Assembly: GCF_006345805.1 (NCBI RefSeq)
Contig: NC_043005.1
Span: forward strand, 32,178,001 to 32,242,000
Length of the DNA stretch: 64,000 bases
Source of the DNA: Octopus sinensis
Lineage: Eukaryota
Reading direction: 5' to 3'
Position 1 is the stretch's first letter, and every line of letters begins with the position of its first letter. The notes under the pieces were generated by a model. It worked only from the letters and a program-made list of their open reading frames with translations. It searched no databases and was not told the origin of the DNA. Both the position numbers and the translations under genes were made by a program. This document shows positions 1-13,423 of the stretch, piece by piece.

Positions 1-600
1 GTCATCCCAGTCCTTTTGTCATCACCTCTGTGAAGTTAAAAACTCCATGATCTGACCTTCTTTATACAACTGTCCTCATCCATACACACCATATGTTTTT
101 ACAATCTGCTTTTCATTCTGAAAATAAAACCTTTTGTTACCAACAGAGGTAATAGCTCTTTCTCAAGCCTGTTCTTATTCTAACAACTGTACTTTCAATA
201 CATACACATTCACTATAAATTAGGTCATCTAGCTAAGAGAAGCTATTTACTACTTGTATGGAACCTACAAGACTTTGTGAGCATTTGACAAAGTTTATTT
301 CCCATGTGTTCTTAGTGCTTATTGCTTCTGAGCATCTGCCACATACAAAGTGTAATCTCTGTTTATCTTCCACTGTATCTCTTGTAAGTTCATAGTTTGC
401 ATTGGGTACATCATATGGAATTCATAACAGCTCCTTTTCTATATGTTGAGCGAGACCATTTCCCTGATGGAGGCAGAGTTCTGTTTCTTTTCCTACTCAC
501 TAAAACTTTGTTAACTATGTTAACTTTGAGTCCATTTGTGATTCCTAGTTTTGCTTCCACACCTAGAATTTCTTTTCTAATTGTTCCACAGTTTCAGTTA
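1..600 (-). mobile_element. Degenerate RTE-clade LINE fragment (RT C-terminal region)
   Basis: Nucleotide similarity by eye to the RTE copies at 39660-40990 and 46305-47345; no intact frame. Confidence 0.6.
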
Positions 601-2620
601 TAAGAACAAGGTCATCAATATAAAGGGCAAAGGAAACAAGTTTTAAACTTCTCTGTAATAGGGGATTGTTTGGCAGAATGTTGAACAGTTGTGGATCCTT
701 GAAACCCAAGCTGTTATAAGTACTGGGTCCTGATTCAAGATAGAGAAGATGTGATCTTTGGTAGTATACAGTGCTGTCCTGTTCAGTGGTTAGTATAGCC
801 TACAGTTCCAAAGTTGGGAGCCAGACCTCCCAGGATCTCCCATATCTATATCACTGTATATCTTTCGTGCCTTTTCTCAAGGGAGTAGAGTACCTCTCCC
901 AGTAGCTCATCTGTTTCACCAAGTCAGTCTTCTTTGTGTAGTGGTGCTGGATTGCTTCAAGTTCTGACACTAGTTTGATGCTCTGCAGTGACCACAGTTG
1001 AGAGCAGTAATCCAGACAACTGAAAACAAAAATTCTCCATAGGAGTAGCAAGGTATTGTTTTTTCATGGTTCTGAATGATCTCAGAATCCATCCAATTAC
1101 TCACTTGCAAAGTGTTGCCATCTTGGTAATACGCACATGGAATGTTGCATCATTACTTGTATGGATTCCTAGGTCATGCACCAACTGATTCTGGGATTGC
1201 ACTATCCCCTGGTCCTGTGTATTCTGATTGTATTCTCTTTGTGGGCCAATAGTGGAGTGCTTGAAACTTCTCAGAATTGAACTGCATGTTATTTTCACCA
1301 GCCCATTTGTATATTGCAAACAAATCATTTTGCAGTTTTAGTATGTTATCAGGGTCCTTGACTACCTGTGATACTTTTATATCACATGTGGTGGTTCCCT
1401 CAAACATGAATGCCTGACGTCATGTCTGAGAGAGTCACTACAAACAGTAACGGTCCCACTACAGTTCTTAGAGGGATTCTGCAGTGAATTAATGCCTCTC
1501 CCAAAGACAGTTCACTGACAGTGCCATTGACTGCAACTATCTGACTTCTGCCTTTTAAAAAGTCATGCAGCCACTCTTCCAGTTTTCCAGTGATACTAAA
1601 GTCACACAGTTTGTGACATATCACCCTATTATCAACTTTGTCAAAGACTGACAAAGTTGAGATATATCACATCCACATTTGAGTAGTTGAACTATTGTTT
1701 CAGTACCCAGTCGTAATGCTGTAGTAGCTATGTGAAGCAGCTTCTTCCTGGACAGAAGCCATGTTGTATATTTGTGAGCAAGTTATTCTCTTCCTGGAAC
1801 GTGATCAGTCTCCTTCCGACAATGCATTTCATGACCTTGCTAACATGTGATGTCAGAAAGATAAGCCTGTAATTTTTAGCACCTGCTCGGCTTCCTCTTT
1901 TACAGACAGGGTATATTATACCCTCATTTAACAATTTGGTCAATTTAGCACATGCAAAGAAACTCTGTAAAAACATCTGAAGTAGTGAGAGCTCTCTTGC
2001 ATGCCTTTAAAAGAACATGTCGGAAATCCATCTGGCCCCATTGCTGAGTTCCAGTTCATCTCATCAACAGCCAATATTACATCTTTCTCTTTTATGTCGA
2101 TGTAATTGATGGTTGCCTCTTTCCCACATAGATCTGCAGTGTTGAATAGCTTATGAGTCTTGCTTATTTGCATGTTTCCCCTAGAGAGGTGAAGACACTT
2201 TTAAATTGTTCATTTAACACTTTACTTATCTTCGTGGGGTCTACAATTAGTGAGCCATCACCTTCAAACAGTGACACTATCTTGTAGTGCACTGAGACAG
2301 ATTCTTTTGCAAACTTATAGAAGGCTTTAGGATTCATTTTTATATTTTCCACCATCCTGGTTTCTTTCTACCCTTACCTTTTATGGGAGAGTTTGAGTTT
2401 ATCTCTAAAAGTGCCTCTTTGAGGAGGGATTTCTTGCTGTCATTATGTCATCTTTTTAAGCAATTAGAGATCTTTATTCTCCATCTCATACAGACGCTCC
2501 TGTCTCGAGGAACAATATTTTTGCATGCAGTCGCTCTCTTTTACTGGACAAATTTAATGCAAATGGCTTGCATTAATGACATTAATTTTTTAAAGTTTCA
2601 TATAAATGTCTTGCATAGAG
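600..2620 (-). mobile_element. Degenerate CR1/L2-type LINE ORF2 (RT and flanks)
   Basis: Frameshifted minus-strand pieces: SAMGPDGFP, KNYRLIFLTSHVSKVMK, QHGFCPGRSC, GTVVGPLLF-like, NNMQFNSEKFQAL, LDYCSQLWS. Confidence 0.85.
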
Positions 2621-2647
2621 AAACTTGTAAGCAAATTTTGCTGGAGT

Positions 2648-2960
2648 ATCATCATCATCCTCATTTAACATCTACCTTCCATGCTGGCATGGGTTAGACA
2701 CTTTGACAGGAACTGACCAGGCAGAAGACTGCACTACAACTGACGTCTGGTGCAGTTTTTTCAACTGGATGCCCTTTCTAATACCAACCACTCCACATAG
2801 AGGACTCAGTGCTTTTTACGTGGCACCAGCACAGGGGAGATCAGTTTTGGCATGATTTTTACAACTGGATGCCCTTCCAAATGCCAACCTGTTTACAGCG
2901 TGGACTGGATGCTGTTTATGTGGCACCAGCACAGGTAGGGTCACCAAATAACTTGAAACA
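2648..2960 (-). mobile_element. 5'-truncated RTE 3'UTR copy with (GAT)n tail
   Basis: catcatcatc..tttaacatctaccttccatgctggcatggg matches the 3' end of the RTE copy at 8633-9607. Further copies near 10398-10690, 38960-39100, 47370-47575, 49045-49240, 62170-62260. Confidence 0.75.
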
Positions 2961-3026
2961 TAAAGATCCTTTGAGAGGGCATTAGAGGAGATGATTTTGT
3001 ATGTTTTTCAATTGACTTCCAATCTG

Positions 3027-3066
3027 CCTATGTGTATGTGTGTGTAAAAAATATATATATACATAT

Positions 3067-3116
<50 letters not shown>

Positions 3117-3163
3117 AATTATATATATATATATATATATAATATATATATATATATACATAT

Positions 3164-3208
<45 letters not shown>

Positions 3209-3474
3209 CATACATACATACATACATACACACAAAATTATATGTATACATATATCTATATAAAATCTATCAGCTACCAATTTCCCTCACAAGGCCTTGG
3301 CCTGAAGCTATAGTAGAAGGCATTTACCCAAGGTTCCATGCAGTGGGACTGAACCCATGACCACATGGTTAAGGAAGCAAGTTTCTTAACTACAGAGTAA
3401 TGTCTGCACCTTATATATGTGTATGTGTGCGCGCATACATACACCAACACACACATAGAATGAGAGAAAAAGTG

Positions 3475-3506
<32 letters not shown>

Positions 3507-3856
3507 CAACATACATACATAGTGATATAACAGAGACAATTATGTTGTGTTTGAGATATATTTCTTGATATTTGTGTTCCTGTATCTGTCTGTCTGTGTA
3601 TCTGTACGCGCGCGTGCATACATATCGTGTTGTATACGTTATACAGTAATTTATACAAATATGTGCATATAAATTTCAGTGGTGTATACATGTGCATGCG
3701 TATGTATTGTATGGTAATATATACAAGCCCTATATTGTAGTAGAATATATACCTATATATAATGCAAGAGAAACGTATGTTATATATAATATCGAGAAAA
3801 CATAGATAGATAGAGAGATAGATAGCTAGATAGATAGATAGATAGATATATAGATG

Positions 3857-3893
<37 letters not shown>

Positions 3894-3915
3894 AAGATAG
3901 ATAGATATAGATATG
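3027..3915. repeat. Compound microsatellite block: (TA)n, (TACA)n, (GATA)n, with a partial SINE at ~3276-3410
   Basis: Direct reading. The ORFs called here are low-complexity YI/SIYL artefacts. Confidence 0.95.
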
Positions 3916-3995
3916 TATACTGTATAGACATGGAATAATATGTATATAAGTACATGTAGGTGCGTGTGCCTACAGGCATACACATTGTTTCTTAC

Positions 3996-4196
3996 CTTAT
4001 CCGAGTTCAAATCCGGCTCGTCCTGTATTAACCGGTACAAGAATGACTTCTGATCGCGACATAATGTCGTTCGAGTGGTCATAAATATTGTTCCACCAAC
4101 ATTTAATTTCACCCACTCGTTCTTGCGACATCGAGCGGGTTGTTGTTTGCTTGTATTACTGGAGCAGTCTTTCGCAACTGATTCGTTCGTCGCCAT
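3996..4196 (-). CDS. KCTD5: KCTD2/5/17-family BTB/POZ (T1) protein, coding exon 1 (67 aa, MATNES...PDLNSDK)
   Basis: [36 protein letters not shown] is the KCTD5-type BTB N-terminus. ATG in GGAAGATGGCG context at 4196-4194; phase-0 donor AAG|GTAAGA at 3996/3995. Downstream exons not found in the window. Likely single invertebrate orthologue of KCTD2/5/17. Confidence 0.93.
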
Positions 4197-4700
4197 CTTC
4201 CTGGCTGCTCTCCCTTGGCTCACTTTAATTACTTCACTTTATTATTATTATTAATAATATCACTACTATTATTATTATCACTAATAATATCACTACGGCC
4301 GACACTAGTTACTGCTGCTGCTGCAATTATTATTATTATTAATGTTCTTGTTGTAGTTTTCGATGTCGTTATTGTAGTTGTTCTTATAGGCGTTGCTATT
4401 GCTATTTATCACAGCTCTTTTCTCCACATCTCACTTCCTCTCTTCTTAACTTTCACCGACAAACCAAATAAACCCATACACTTCATGTTTCTCATCACAA
4501 CCAAATATTACAACTCCTCGCCACCTTAAACTATTTTTATTAATCATTCTTGACACACATCACACCCGGGCCCACAGACTTTACATCATCCACTTGTGTC
4601 TACCTCACCGTTCCGAGTTCAATTTCAACCTCCGATCTACAACGCTTCATTGAATTACTCCAGAAATTAATCAATCAGCATTGCCCTCTTCCCATTTCAA
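4197..4700 (-). promoter_or_regulatory. Probable 5'UTR/promoter of the KCTD gene
   Basis: CpG-enriched relative to the surroundings, TE-free, with triplet repeats, immediately upstream of the ATG. TSS not determinable from sequence. Confidence 0.5.
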
Positions 4701-6203
4701 AAATTTCGTTTTGTCTAATTAAAATAAATCATTATTTCATGTTACTAATAAACATGAAAATATATTCCCCGAGATAAATACTAATTGTATGACTTTATAA
4801 TCTTGTTAGATTAAATGGAAATGTTATTTCAAACGGTATAAAATTAATCAGCGAAATATGAAATTATTTACTGTTGATTAGATACTTGTATTTTTTCGAT
4901 TAAAATTCTTCCAGAACCTGAAATATTAATAATTTCCCACTTCAATTCTGAATGCGTTTGGAATTTGTTTCTTCTCCTCAGTTCTTACTTCGTTTATTTC
5001 CATTTAAGACTATTTATAAATACGTATATCTTATAAATCACTTCATTACCCTCTCTACAATTATTCTTCAGCACAATTATTATTTTTCCTTTTATATTCT
5101 TTGCGAGAAAAAAAAAATGGGAATGTTAATTCAAAGAACCATTCTGTTTCTGCGATGTAAATGAGGATGGTTACTGTTTATAACAGAAATTAAAGGTAGT
5201 TGTGATTTAATTTTTCTTAATATAACAGAATCTTAATATCTTTCCCCAGAGCAGAAAAATATTCTCCTCAGACAAAAAACAAATTAATTTTTAGAAGAAA
5301 ATAAAAACGGTAAAAACAAAATCAGTCAAAAAGACAGTGATGTAGTAAGGGAGATAATCCAGTGGGGTTATGTTCACTGTGCTCTTCCTTTGCTTCTTTA
5401 TGTAATGTGTGTCTGGTGGGTGTATATGTATAAATATATTCGCTTGTATGGCTTACATACACAAGTTAAAAATTATACACTTCCTTCTACTCTTATTACA
5501 CAAATAATAATGTCAAGATACTGTTTTCATAAACGATGATGCAACACACAGAAACACATTCAAACGTGTGTGTAAGCTTATATCAAATTAATATATTCAA
5601 AATTATAAACAGTATGATATACAATTATAATAAATTTAATTTCAAATTAATCAATTGACATTTAATTTGTTTATGGGGATATATTGGATGTGTATATTCT
5701 TATGGAATGATTCTGCATTTCATTGAGAATGTGACAAGAATCTTACATTAAAAGATTTGAAAAATACAAATATTTTCATTTAAAAAGGGGGCGGGGAATT
5801 TAATTGGGCTGCTGGGAGGGGACATTATTTTAAAGATATATTTCAATTTTAAATTATTGTTGTGAATTTATTTTAATTTTAAAGGAAATATATTTTCCCT
5901 TTTTACTTAATTAGTATTAATCCATTATCATCTACATGGGTGAATAAATCATATTTTTTTAAGAACTAGAAGAAAGCAACAATTTATATTAAATTTTTAT
6001 AATTTGGAGGCAAGCATACTTAATTAAATCAAACCCAAGTACTTAACAGAAACTGTATTTCATCAGCACTGAAAGAATAAACGGCAATATTAACCTTTGC
6101 AGAATTTCAGCCCAGAACATAAAGGGCATACTTAAATACCACAAGGAATTTTCTTTGGAGTTCTACCACCCTTCTTCATTTTAATTATAAATAAAACAAC
6201 ATA

Positions 6204-6366
6204 GGCGCAGGAGTGGCTGTGTGGTAAGTAGCTTGCTAACCAACCACATGGTTCCGGGTTCAGTCCCACTGCGTGGCACCTTGGGCAAGTGTCTTCTGCT
6301 ATAGCCCCGGGCCAACCAATGCCTTGTGAGTGGATTTGGTAGACGGAAACTGAAAGAAGCCTGTCG

Positions 6367-6405
<39 letters not shown>

Positions 6406-6614
6406 TTGTGTGTATGTGTTTGTCCCCCTAGCATTGCTTGACAACCGATGCTGGTGTGTTTACGTCCCCGTCACTTAGCGGTTCGGCAAAAGAGACTGAT
6501 AGAATAAGTACTGGGCTTACAAAGAATAAGTCCCGGGGTCGATTTGCTCGACTAAAAGGCGGTGCTCCAGCATGGCCGCAGTCAAATGACTGAAACAAGT
6601 AAAAGAGTAAAGAG
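6204..6614 (+). mobile_element. tRNA-derived SINE family A (CORE-like centre)
   Basis: A/B-box-like head (gtggctgtgtggtaag..ggttcagtccc), gcaccttgggcaagtgtc core, internal (TA)(TG) repeat, aaagagt tail. Other copies at ~30657-31030, 47580-47910, 56527-56885, 3276-3410(-). Confidence 0.85.
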
Positions 6615-6629
6615 TAACAACACTAACAA

Positions 6630-7161
6630 TAATTTCCAATTTTGGCACAAGGACAGCAGTTTTAGAGGAGTGGGATTAAATCAATTACATCGATCCAAGT
6701 GTTCAACTAATACATATTTTATTTATTTGAGAAGGACGAAAGGCAAAGTTGACCTTAGCAGAATTTGAACTCAGAGTATAAAGATTCAGAAGAAATGTTG
6801 CTAAGCATTTTGTCCAGCATGCTTGATTCTGCCAGCTTGCCACCTTATAAAAAAATAATAATAATGAAATTATTGTATACTGTGCTCAAGTGTACCACAA
6901 CTTGTCAGAAAGTGCATATAAAGTGTATGCAGTAATGTACAAATGTCTGGAAAGCGAACAATGTAATGATAACACCACAAATAATCCTTATTTTGGTATA
7001 AGGCCAACAATTTTAAGAGGTGGGGAAGTTGATTACATCAACACCAGTAAGGAGGAAAGGCAAAGTCAATCTCAGCTGAATTTGAACTCAGAATGAAAAG
7101 ACAAATGAAATGTTGCTAAACATTTTGTCTAGCATGCTAACAATCGTGCCATCTCACCACT

Positions 7162-7165
<4 letters not shown>
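6630..7165 (-). mobile_element. Two copies of tRNA-derived SINE family B
   Basis: Minus-strand gagttcaaatt B-box and actttgcctttcgtcc..aaataagtac centre (Meta-SINE-like, from memory). More copies at 37640-37810(+), 53990-54480(-), 59290-59450(-), 59640-59770(-), 59960-60130(-). Confidence 0.75.
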
Positions 7166-7210
<45 letters not shown>

Positions 7211-7245
7211 TAACAATAATAATAATGATAATGATAATAATAATA

Positions 7246-8616
7246 GATCAATACTAAACACAGAGCTCAATGCTAAAAACAAGATAATAGGTATCAACAC
7301 TTTAGCTGTCCCAGTTATAAGTTACAGCTACAATATCCTTAACTGGACACGAAATGAACTGACCAAAATAGACAGGAAAACAAGAAAAATAATGACAGGA
7401 TCTAGGATGCATCACCCAAAATCTGACATAGAAAGACTATATATACAACGTATAGAAGGTGGTAGAGGCCTTATACAGCTGGAAAACTACTATAAAATAA
7501 CCACCATAGGACTGCAAAAATATCTACTTCAGAAGGAAGGAAAACTGATCCAGATAGCGGCAAAACACGAGCAAAACAAAAAACTGTTCTCAGTATTTAA
7601 GGAAGCTGACAAATACAAACAAGAAATCATACCACCTAATAAACATGAAGAAGAAGAAGAAGAAGAAGATGAAGAAACAACAAAAGCTATAAAAAAAATG
7701 AAATCCAAACTAAAAATAGAACAGCAACGAACCATGATAAAACGATGGCAAGAAAAGCCCCTTCATGGTAAATACTGGACTAAACTAAACGCAAAAGAAA
7801 TAGACAAAGAAAAATCCCAGCAATGGTTGAGAAGCTCAGGACTCAAAGCAGAAACAGAGGGATTTTTAATTGCAGCACAAGACCAAAGCCTCCCCACCAG
7901 AAATTACCAAAAACATGTAATGAAAAGAAATATTACAAGTAACTGCAGAATATGTGGAGATGGACAAGAAACAATAAATCATATTATCTCTAGCTGCCCA
8001 GTCCTGGCTAAGAAGGAATATATTCACAGACATGACAGAGTTGGAACTTACATACATTGGAAGCTATGCCAACATTATGGAATAACAACAGAAAAAAGAT
8101 GGTATAAGCACACACCAGAAAAGGTCACAGAAAACGAGAAAGCAACCATACTCTGGGATATGCCGATACACACAGATAGAGAAATTAAGGCCAACAGACC
8201 AGATATAGTTGTCAGAGACCATGAAGAAAAAAAATGCTTTCTAATTGATGTATCAGTACCGGCAGATGACAACGTGTCTCTAAAAGAAATGGAGAAACTC
8301 TCAAAATACAAAGACCTGGAAATAGAGGTAACTAGAATGTGGAATCTGAAAACAGAAACAATTCCTATCATAGTAGGTGCATTAGGCATGATAAAAAAAT
8401 ATTCAGACAAATACATAACAAAAACACCAGGACTTACAAACACATATAACATACAGAAAATTGCACTACTAGGCACTGCACACATCCTACGCAGAACACT
8501 TTCCATACAATAACCATCAGAGCATCACAACAAATCACAGCACATACCCAAGGCACACAGAGCTGCGCTCGGTAGTGAAGTGAAAGCACGCTATAAAAAT
8601 AAAAATAAAACTACTG
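7246..8616 (+). mobile_element. 5'-truncated Dong/R4-type non-LTR retrotransposon (RLE) with open ORF end, inserted in (AAT)n
   Basis: Uninterrupted frame to the stop at 8513 with KSDIERLY..GGRGL, CCHC finger CRICGDGQETINHIISSC, RHDRV and RLE motif RPDIVV..LIDVSVP..EKLSKY. (AAT)n on both sides. The N-terminal poly-N of the called ORF is flanking microsatellite. Confidence 0.92.
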
Positions 8617-8632
8617 AATAATAATAATAATA

Positions 8633-9607
8633 ATCATCATCATCATCATCGTTTAACGTCCGTTCTCCATGCTAGCATGGGTTGGACGGTTCGACCAGGG
8701 ATCTGGGAAGCCAGAAGGCTGCACCAGGCTCCAGTCTTATCTGGCAATGTTTCTACAGCTGGATGCCCTTCCTAACGCCAACCACTCCGTGAGTGTAGTG
8801 GGTGCTTTTTACGTGCCACCTGCACAGGTGCCAGGCAAGGCTGGCATCGGCCATGGTCGGATTGGTGCATTTTACGTGCCACTAGCACGGAAGCCAGTTG
8901 AGGCAGCACTGGCTTCGGCCACGATTCGGATGGCGCTTTTTACGTGCCACCAGTCCAGGGGTCCTGGCATCTGCCGGGTGCTAGTCATAGGATTAGTTCA
9001 ATTTCGATTCTGATTTCGATTTCGATTTCACTTGCCCCAACAGGTCTTCGCAAGCAAAGGGGGTTGGCATAGGTGCCTGTCATCGGATGAGGTTCGATAT
9101 CGACTTCGCTTGCCTCAACAGGTCTTTGTGTGTCCAAGGGAGGAAAGGCATGCATAAGTGGGCTGGACTCACTTGTCCTGCCTGGTCTTCTCACGTACAG
9201 CATATTTCCAAAGGTCTTGGTTGCTGGTCATTTCCTCAGTGAGGCCTAAAGTTCAAAGGTCGTGCTTCACCACCTCGTCCCAGGTTTTCCTGGGTCTACC
9301 TCTTCCACGGGTTCCCTCCACTGCTAGGGATTGGCACTTTTTCACACACCTATCTTCATCCACTCTCGCCACATGACCATACCAGCGCAATCGTCTCTCT
9401 TGCACACCACAACTGATGCTTCTTAGGTCCAATATTTCTCTCAAGGTACTAACGCTCTGTCAAGTATGCACACTGACATTACACATCCATCGGAGCATAC
9501 TGGCTTCATTTCTCACGAGCTTACGCATGTCCTCAGCAGTCACGGCCCATGTTTCACTGCCATGTAGCATGGCTGTTCGTACACATGCATCATACAGTCT
9601 GCCTTGA
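8633..9607 (-). mobile_element. 5'-truncated RTE LINE (RT C-terminus plus 3'UTR)
   Basis: GRLYDACVRTAMLHGSETW, RRLRWYGHVAR, GTRGRGRPRKTW, followed by a 3'UTR ending in (GAT)n. Confidence 0.9.
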
Positions 9608-9646
9608 TAAAAATAATAATAATAATAATAATAATAACAATAATAA

Positions 9647-12600
9647 CTAGCAGAGATACCCATTGTTGACTTGCTTCAGAAAGAACCTTAAAAAATTATA
9701 CCCTGTTTTATGAAAGTCACTACTTTGATATTATTGAATATTTTGTAGTGGAATATCTACAAGCTCTTATTGCCAAGCTTTGGCCCAGATAGTTATAGTA
9801 TAATCTAATATACTATTGAACTCAATACATGTTTATCCTAATAAAAATATTGTTCCCAATCATGTAGATGATAAATCTCTATGCATTCTTATAACTGAAA
9901 AGAAAGGAATACTCGTTTTTGTATAAAAGAGGTTCTTCCATTAATTGTATATAATTATGGTTGCATACAAACTTCTTATTCTTTATCTGTATTCTGATTT
10001 ATAAATTGAAGCAACCATTGCATAGACTGCAGCTTTTGCATATAGACTGCTAGTAAATAAAAGCTTGAGGAAAATTATAAAGACATACATATTGCAATGT
10101 TTACTCAAGAATCCCAACAAACACTACCAATTAAATATATATTATCATGGTAATGTAACATCTTCATTATAACTATTTATGATGCTTAACAAATCAAATA
10201 TGATGCTGGCAAACTTTATACCAAGGACACGGTTGCATAAAGATATAAATAGGTTTTTATAAATAAAGAAAGTAAAGCAATTAGAAATGAAAAATGAGAA
10301 ATAATTAAAAGTCTGAAACATGACGATATATGAAGAATTTCAGGAAAAAAAAAATTATATAGGTTATAATAGATTTCCAATATAATAATGGAATCTTCAT
10401 CATCATCATCATCATCATCACCATTGTTAACGTCCACTTTCCATACTAGCATGGGTTGGACGATTTAACTGAGGTCTGGCAAACCAAACTCCAATCTGAT
10501 CTGGCAGAGTTTCTACAGCTGGATGCCCTTCCTAACACCAACCACTCCGACAGTGTAGTGGGTGCTTTTATGTGCCACCAGCACGAGGGCCAGTTAGGTG
10601 GTACTGGCAACAGCCATGCTCAAATGGTGCTTTTTATGTGCCACCTGCACAGGAGCCAGTCCCGTGGCACTGGCAATGACCTTGATTTTACTAATGAGTT
10701 ACTCATAACCTTAAAGATTATACAAAAAGATTCTATTACATGTAAAAAATAAAATGACATAGAAGTGGCTTTTCATATTATCAGGGTTTGACATTGAGAA
10801 TCTCATTAGAAATATATTGAACAATGTACAATTATTAGTTTGTTAATCACTCAGAAAAATACTTCCTTATAGACAATATTTCAAATTTTACTATTAGGGG
10901 TGAATGTGAAAAGGTTTTTCTTACTCCCTACTCTAGAAGCACCAACATATAGCTGTCCATGTGAAAAACAATCCTCTTCTAAATGCAAACCAGCAACTTA
11001 TAGTGTCTGACCTTGTGACTTATTGATAGACATTGCAAAAGACAAACGTATGGGAAACTGAAGTCGTTTGAACTCGAAGGGCATGTTGGAAGGTATTAAA
11101 GGAATTCAAGGGATAAAAGCATCTTTGCCTTTTCCACAGCCAGAAATTATTGTGGCCTCTATAACATTAATTTCTTGACAAGTCTCGTTACCATTGCATA
11201 ACTTTGGTTGTGAAAGAAAGCATGACTGGAGCACCTACTTTCAATGAGGAAGAGCACCTGTTGGCTCGAGGGAATTAGAAAATTCTGCTGGATAATTGAC
11301 TAATTCTGATTCATCTACGACAGAGTCTATGGATTTATAATTATGCTCAATTCCTGGCAACATTTTCACAAGTCTATCATTCAAACTATTCACTGCAATA
11401 TTTTGGTGCCATAATTGCCCTTTCACACAATCAAGCAAGATTTTTAAAATTTGAAATTCATCTTGGAAAAAAATTGTCAGTTAGTTCTTCAACCGAGTTA
11501 ACCAAGGTGGATATTTTTGATAAATTCAATTCACCTTTTTCATTCATATTCAATCTTCCTTCTCCAAGTTGCAATAGGGTATTAGCATATTGTCAAGACA
11601 GAAGATCCCCATGTAAATGTGCTCTCATCTTTGTAGAAAGTTTTAAACATTGGGCATGTTTCCACAATACAGAGGATTTCAGGCATGCTTTCAATTCATC
11701 TGCCTTAGTTCTCCTGGGGATAACTGGCAAAGTTTGCCTAAAATCACCTGAAAGCAGTACAGTCATACCTCCCATCAAACAGTTTGAATTATGCAAATCC
11801 TGCAGCGTTCTATTAACAGCTTCTAGAGCTTTTTTATGACACATTGTAACCTCGTCCCACACAATCAAAGAACATTTTTGTAGAACTTCAGCAATACCAG
11901 AATGCTTACTTATATTGCAAACAGGTTTATCAGTTGTACTCAGATTCAATGGAAACTTCAATGATGCATGAGCAGTTCGACCTCCAGGGAGGGAAGTTGC
12001 AGCAATTCCAGAACTTACCACATCTAAGACTATACCCTTTCTCTGCCTAATGTTGGTCAGCAATAAATTTGTGACAAAAGTTTTCCCAGTTCTTCCTGGT
12101 GCATCTAAAAAATATAATCTTCCTTTCTTATTGGTCACTTGTTCAATGACTGTTGTATGTGCAACTTGTTGGTCTGGCAAAAGTTTCGGCGTGTTTTCAT
12201 TCATGAATTTGGTCAGCGAATCAATATCATATTTGTAAGTATTGGGAATCCACATGCGGTAATGGCAACAATCTTCCAATTCTATGATGAATTTGACCTT
12301 GAATTTTGAATGTAGTAATAAACCCTCTTTTGCTTACAATATTTGCAGTAAAGGATGTCATTATGAATGCATTATTGTAACGCTGTATATTTTGCAAAAT
12401 GTGTTTTGATTTTGGATTTGAGCCCAATAGGAGATCTTTTAATGGTTGTGGTGGATCAGCAAGAAGTGGTAATCGGATCTTTCCATTACTACAACACATA
12501 CATGGAGGTTCATGGATCCATTTCTTGGTATCACAGTATCACAGTAATCACATATTAATGACATGGATCCTATAGTAACAATGTCTTGTGAATTATATGC

Positions 12601-12990
12601 ATAATTAGGTTTATAATTAAATGCAGCCATTTTCAGTAGTAAAAGGAGGTAGTCTAAATTCTTGATGCCTTAATCTGTCTGTTATCCTCTTAGTGTTGAG
12701 CCCATCCTGAGTTACAAGTTGCCTGGTTGCGGCAGTCCGTCACATATTCATTCTCACTTTCCTCCCCCTTACTTCTGGAGTTTCAGACTGTCTTGCTGCT
12801 GCAGTTCATTGGGCATTTAATCTTCATCTTCTTTCTGCTTGTTCTTGACTTTGTGAGGCTCGTAAGGCTGCATGCCTTTCAGCATCTACTTTCAGTCTGT
12901 TGGTCTGCTGATAGTCCGTCTCTTCAGCTCTTTCTCTTTTCCGTTGCTGAAATTGCTTAGGTAGCCCAAATCTAATTGTTTTAGAGGCAT
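9647..12990 (-). mobile_element. Helitron remnant (PIF1-type helicase pseudogene; Rep/HUH domain deleted)
   Basis: Motifs FLDAPGRTGKTF, GIAATSLPGGRTAH, LIVWDEVTM, GGMTVLLSGDFRQTLPV and [35 protein letters not shown]; N-terminal FKIQGQIHHRIGRLLP. Minus-strand 3' end CTAG|T at 9650-9647. 5' end uncertain. Confidence 0.9.
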
Positions 12991-13144
12991 TGTCGTAGGG
13001 TGAATTAATCTATATTTTCAACATTCAGCAGGCCAAGCAGAGATGTGAAAGATATGGAAAAGATCTGATAAAATGATGGAATAGTTTTATGATTTAAATT
13101 TCATCAATATTGGAGCTATTTGAATATCAGAGCTACTTGACTAT

Positions 13145-13385
13145 TCTCATTATAGACTTTGCAACATAATTTTATGCATTAGAAAAGGAATATTTTAATA
13201 AGCAAAATATACTTAGTTTACCATATCACCGTCAGTTCAAATACCTGTCTCATTAGTTGAGCATATACCAGTTCCACAATCAACAGTGAGTAGCTCTGTG
13301 TTTATCTAAAGAATATATCATCTTATAAAAAAGCTGTTTTTATCCATGTTTGACTTAATTTTGTCATGTTTCACCTATATGCTAG

Positions 13386-13423
<38 letters not shown>

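Noticed and set aside
3028-3985. ORFs rich in YI/SIYL/VC, plus similar ORFs at 30692-31245 and 62144-62566
   Set aside because: Translations of (TA)n, (GATA)n, (TG)n microsatellites, SINEs and a minisatellite.
4197-4223. N-terminal extension MSQGRAARK of the KCTD ORF
   Set aside because: Starts at GTG; the ATG at 4196 has strong context and gives a normal N-terminus.
4215-4529. Hydrophobic 104-aa ORF as a membrane protein
   Set aside because: Produced by triplet repeats on the antisense of the KCTD 5' region; no recognisable motif.
7110-7245. Poly-Asn N-terminus of the 467-aa ORF as a host protein feature
   Set aside because: Chance in-frame read-through from a SINE and the (AAT)n target into a 5'-truncated Dong ORF.
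11593-12279. Host PIF1 helicase gene
   Set aside because: Intronless, frameshifted, with a Helitron-type N-terminal segment and CTAG 3' terminus.
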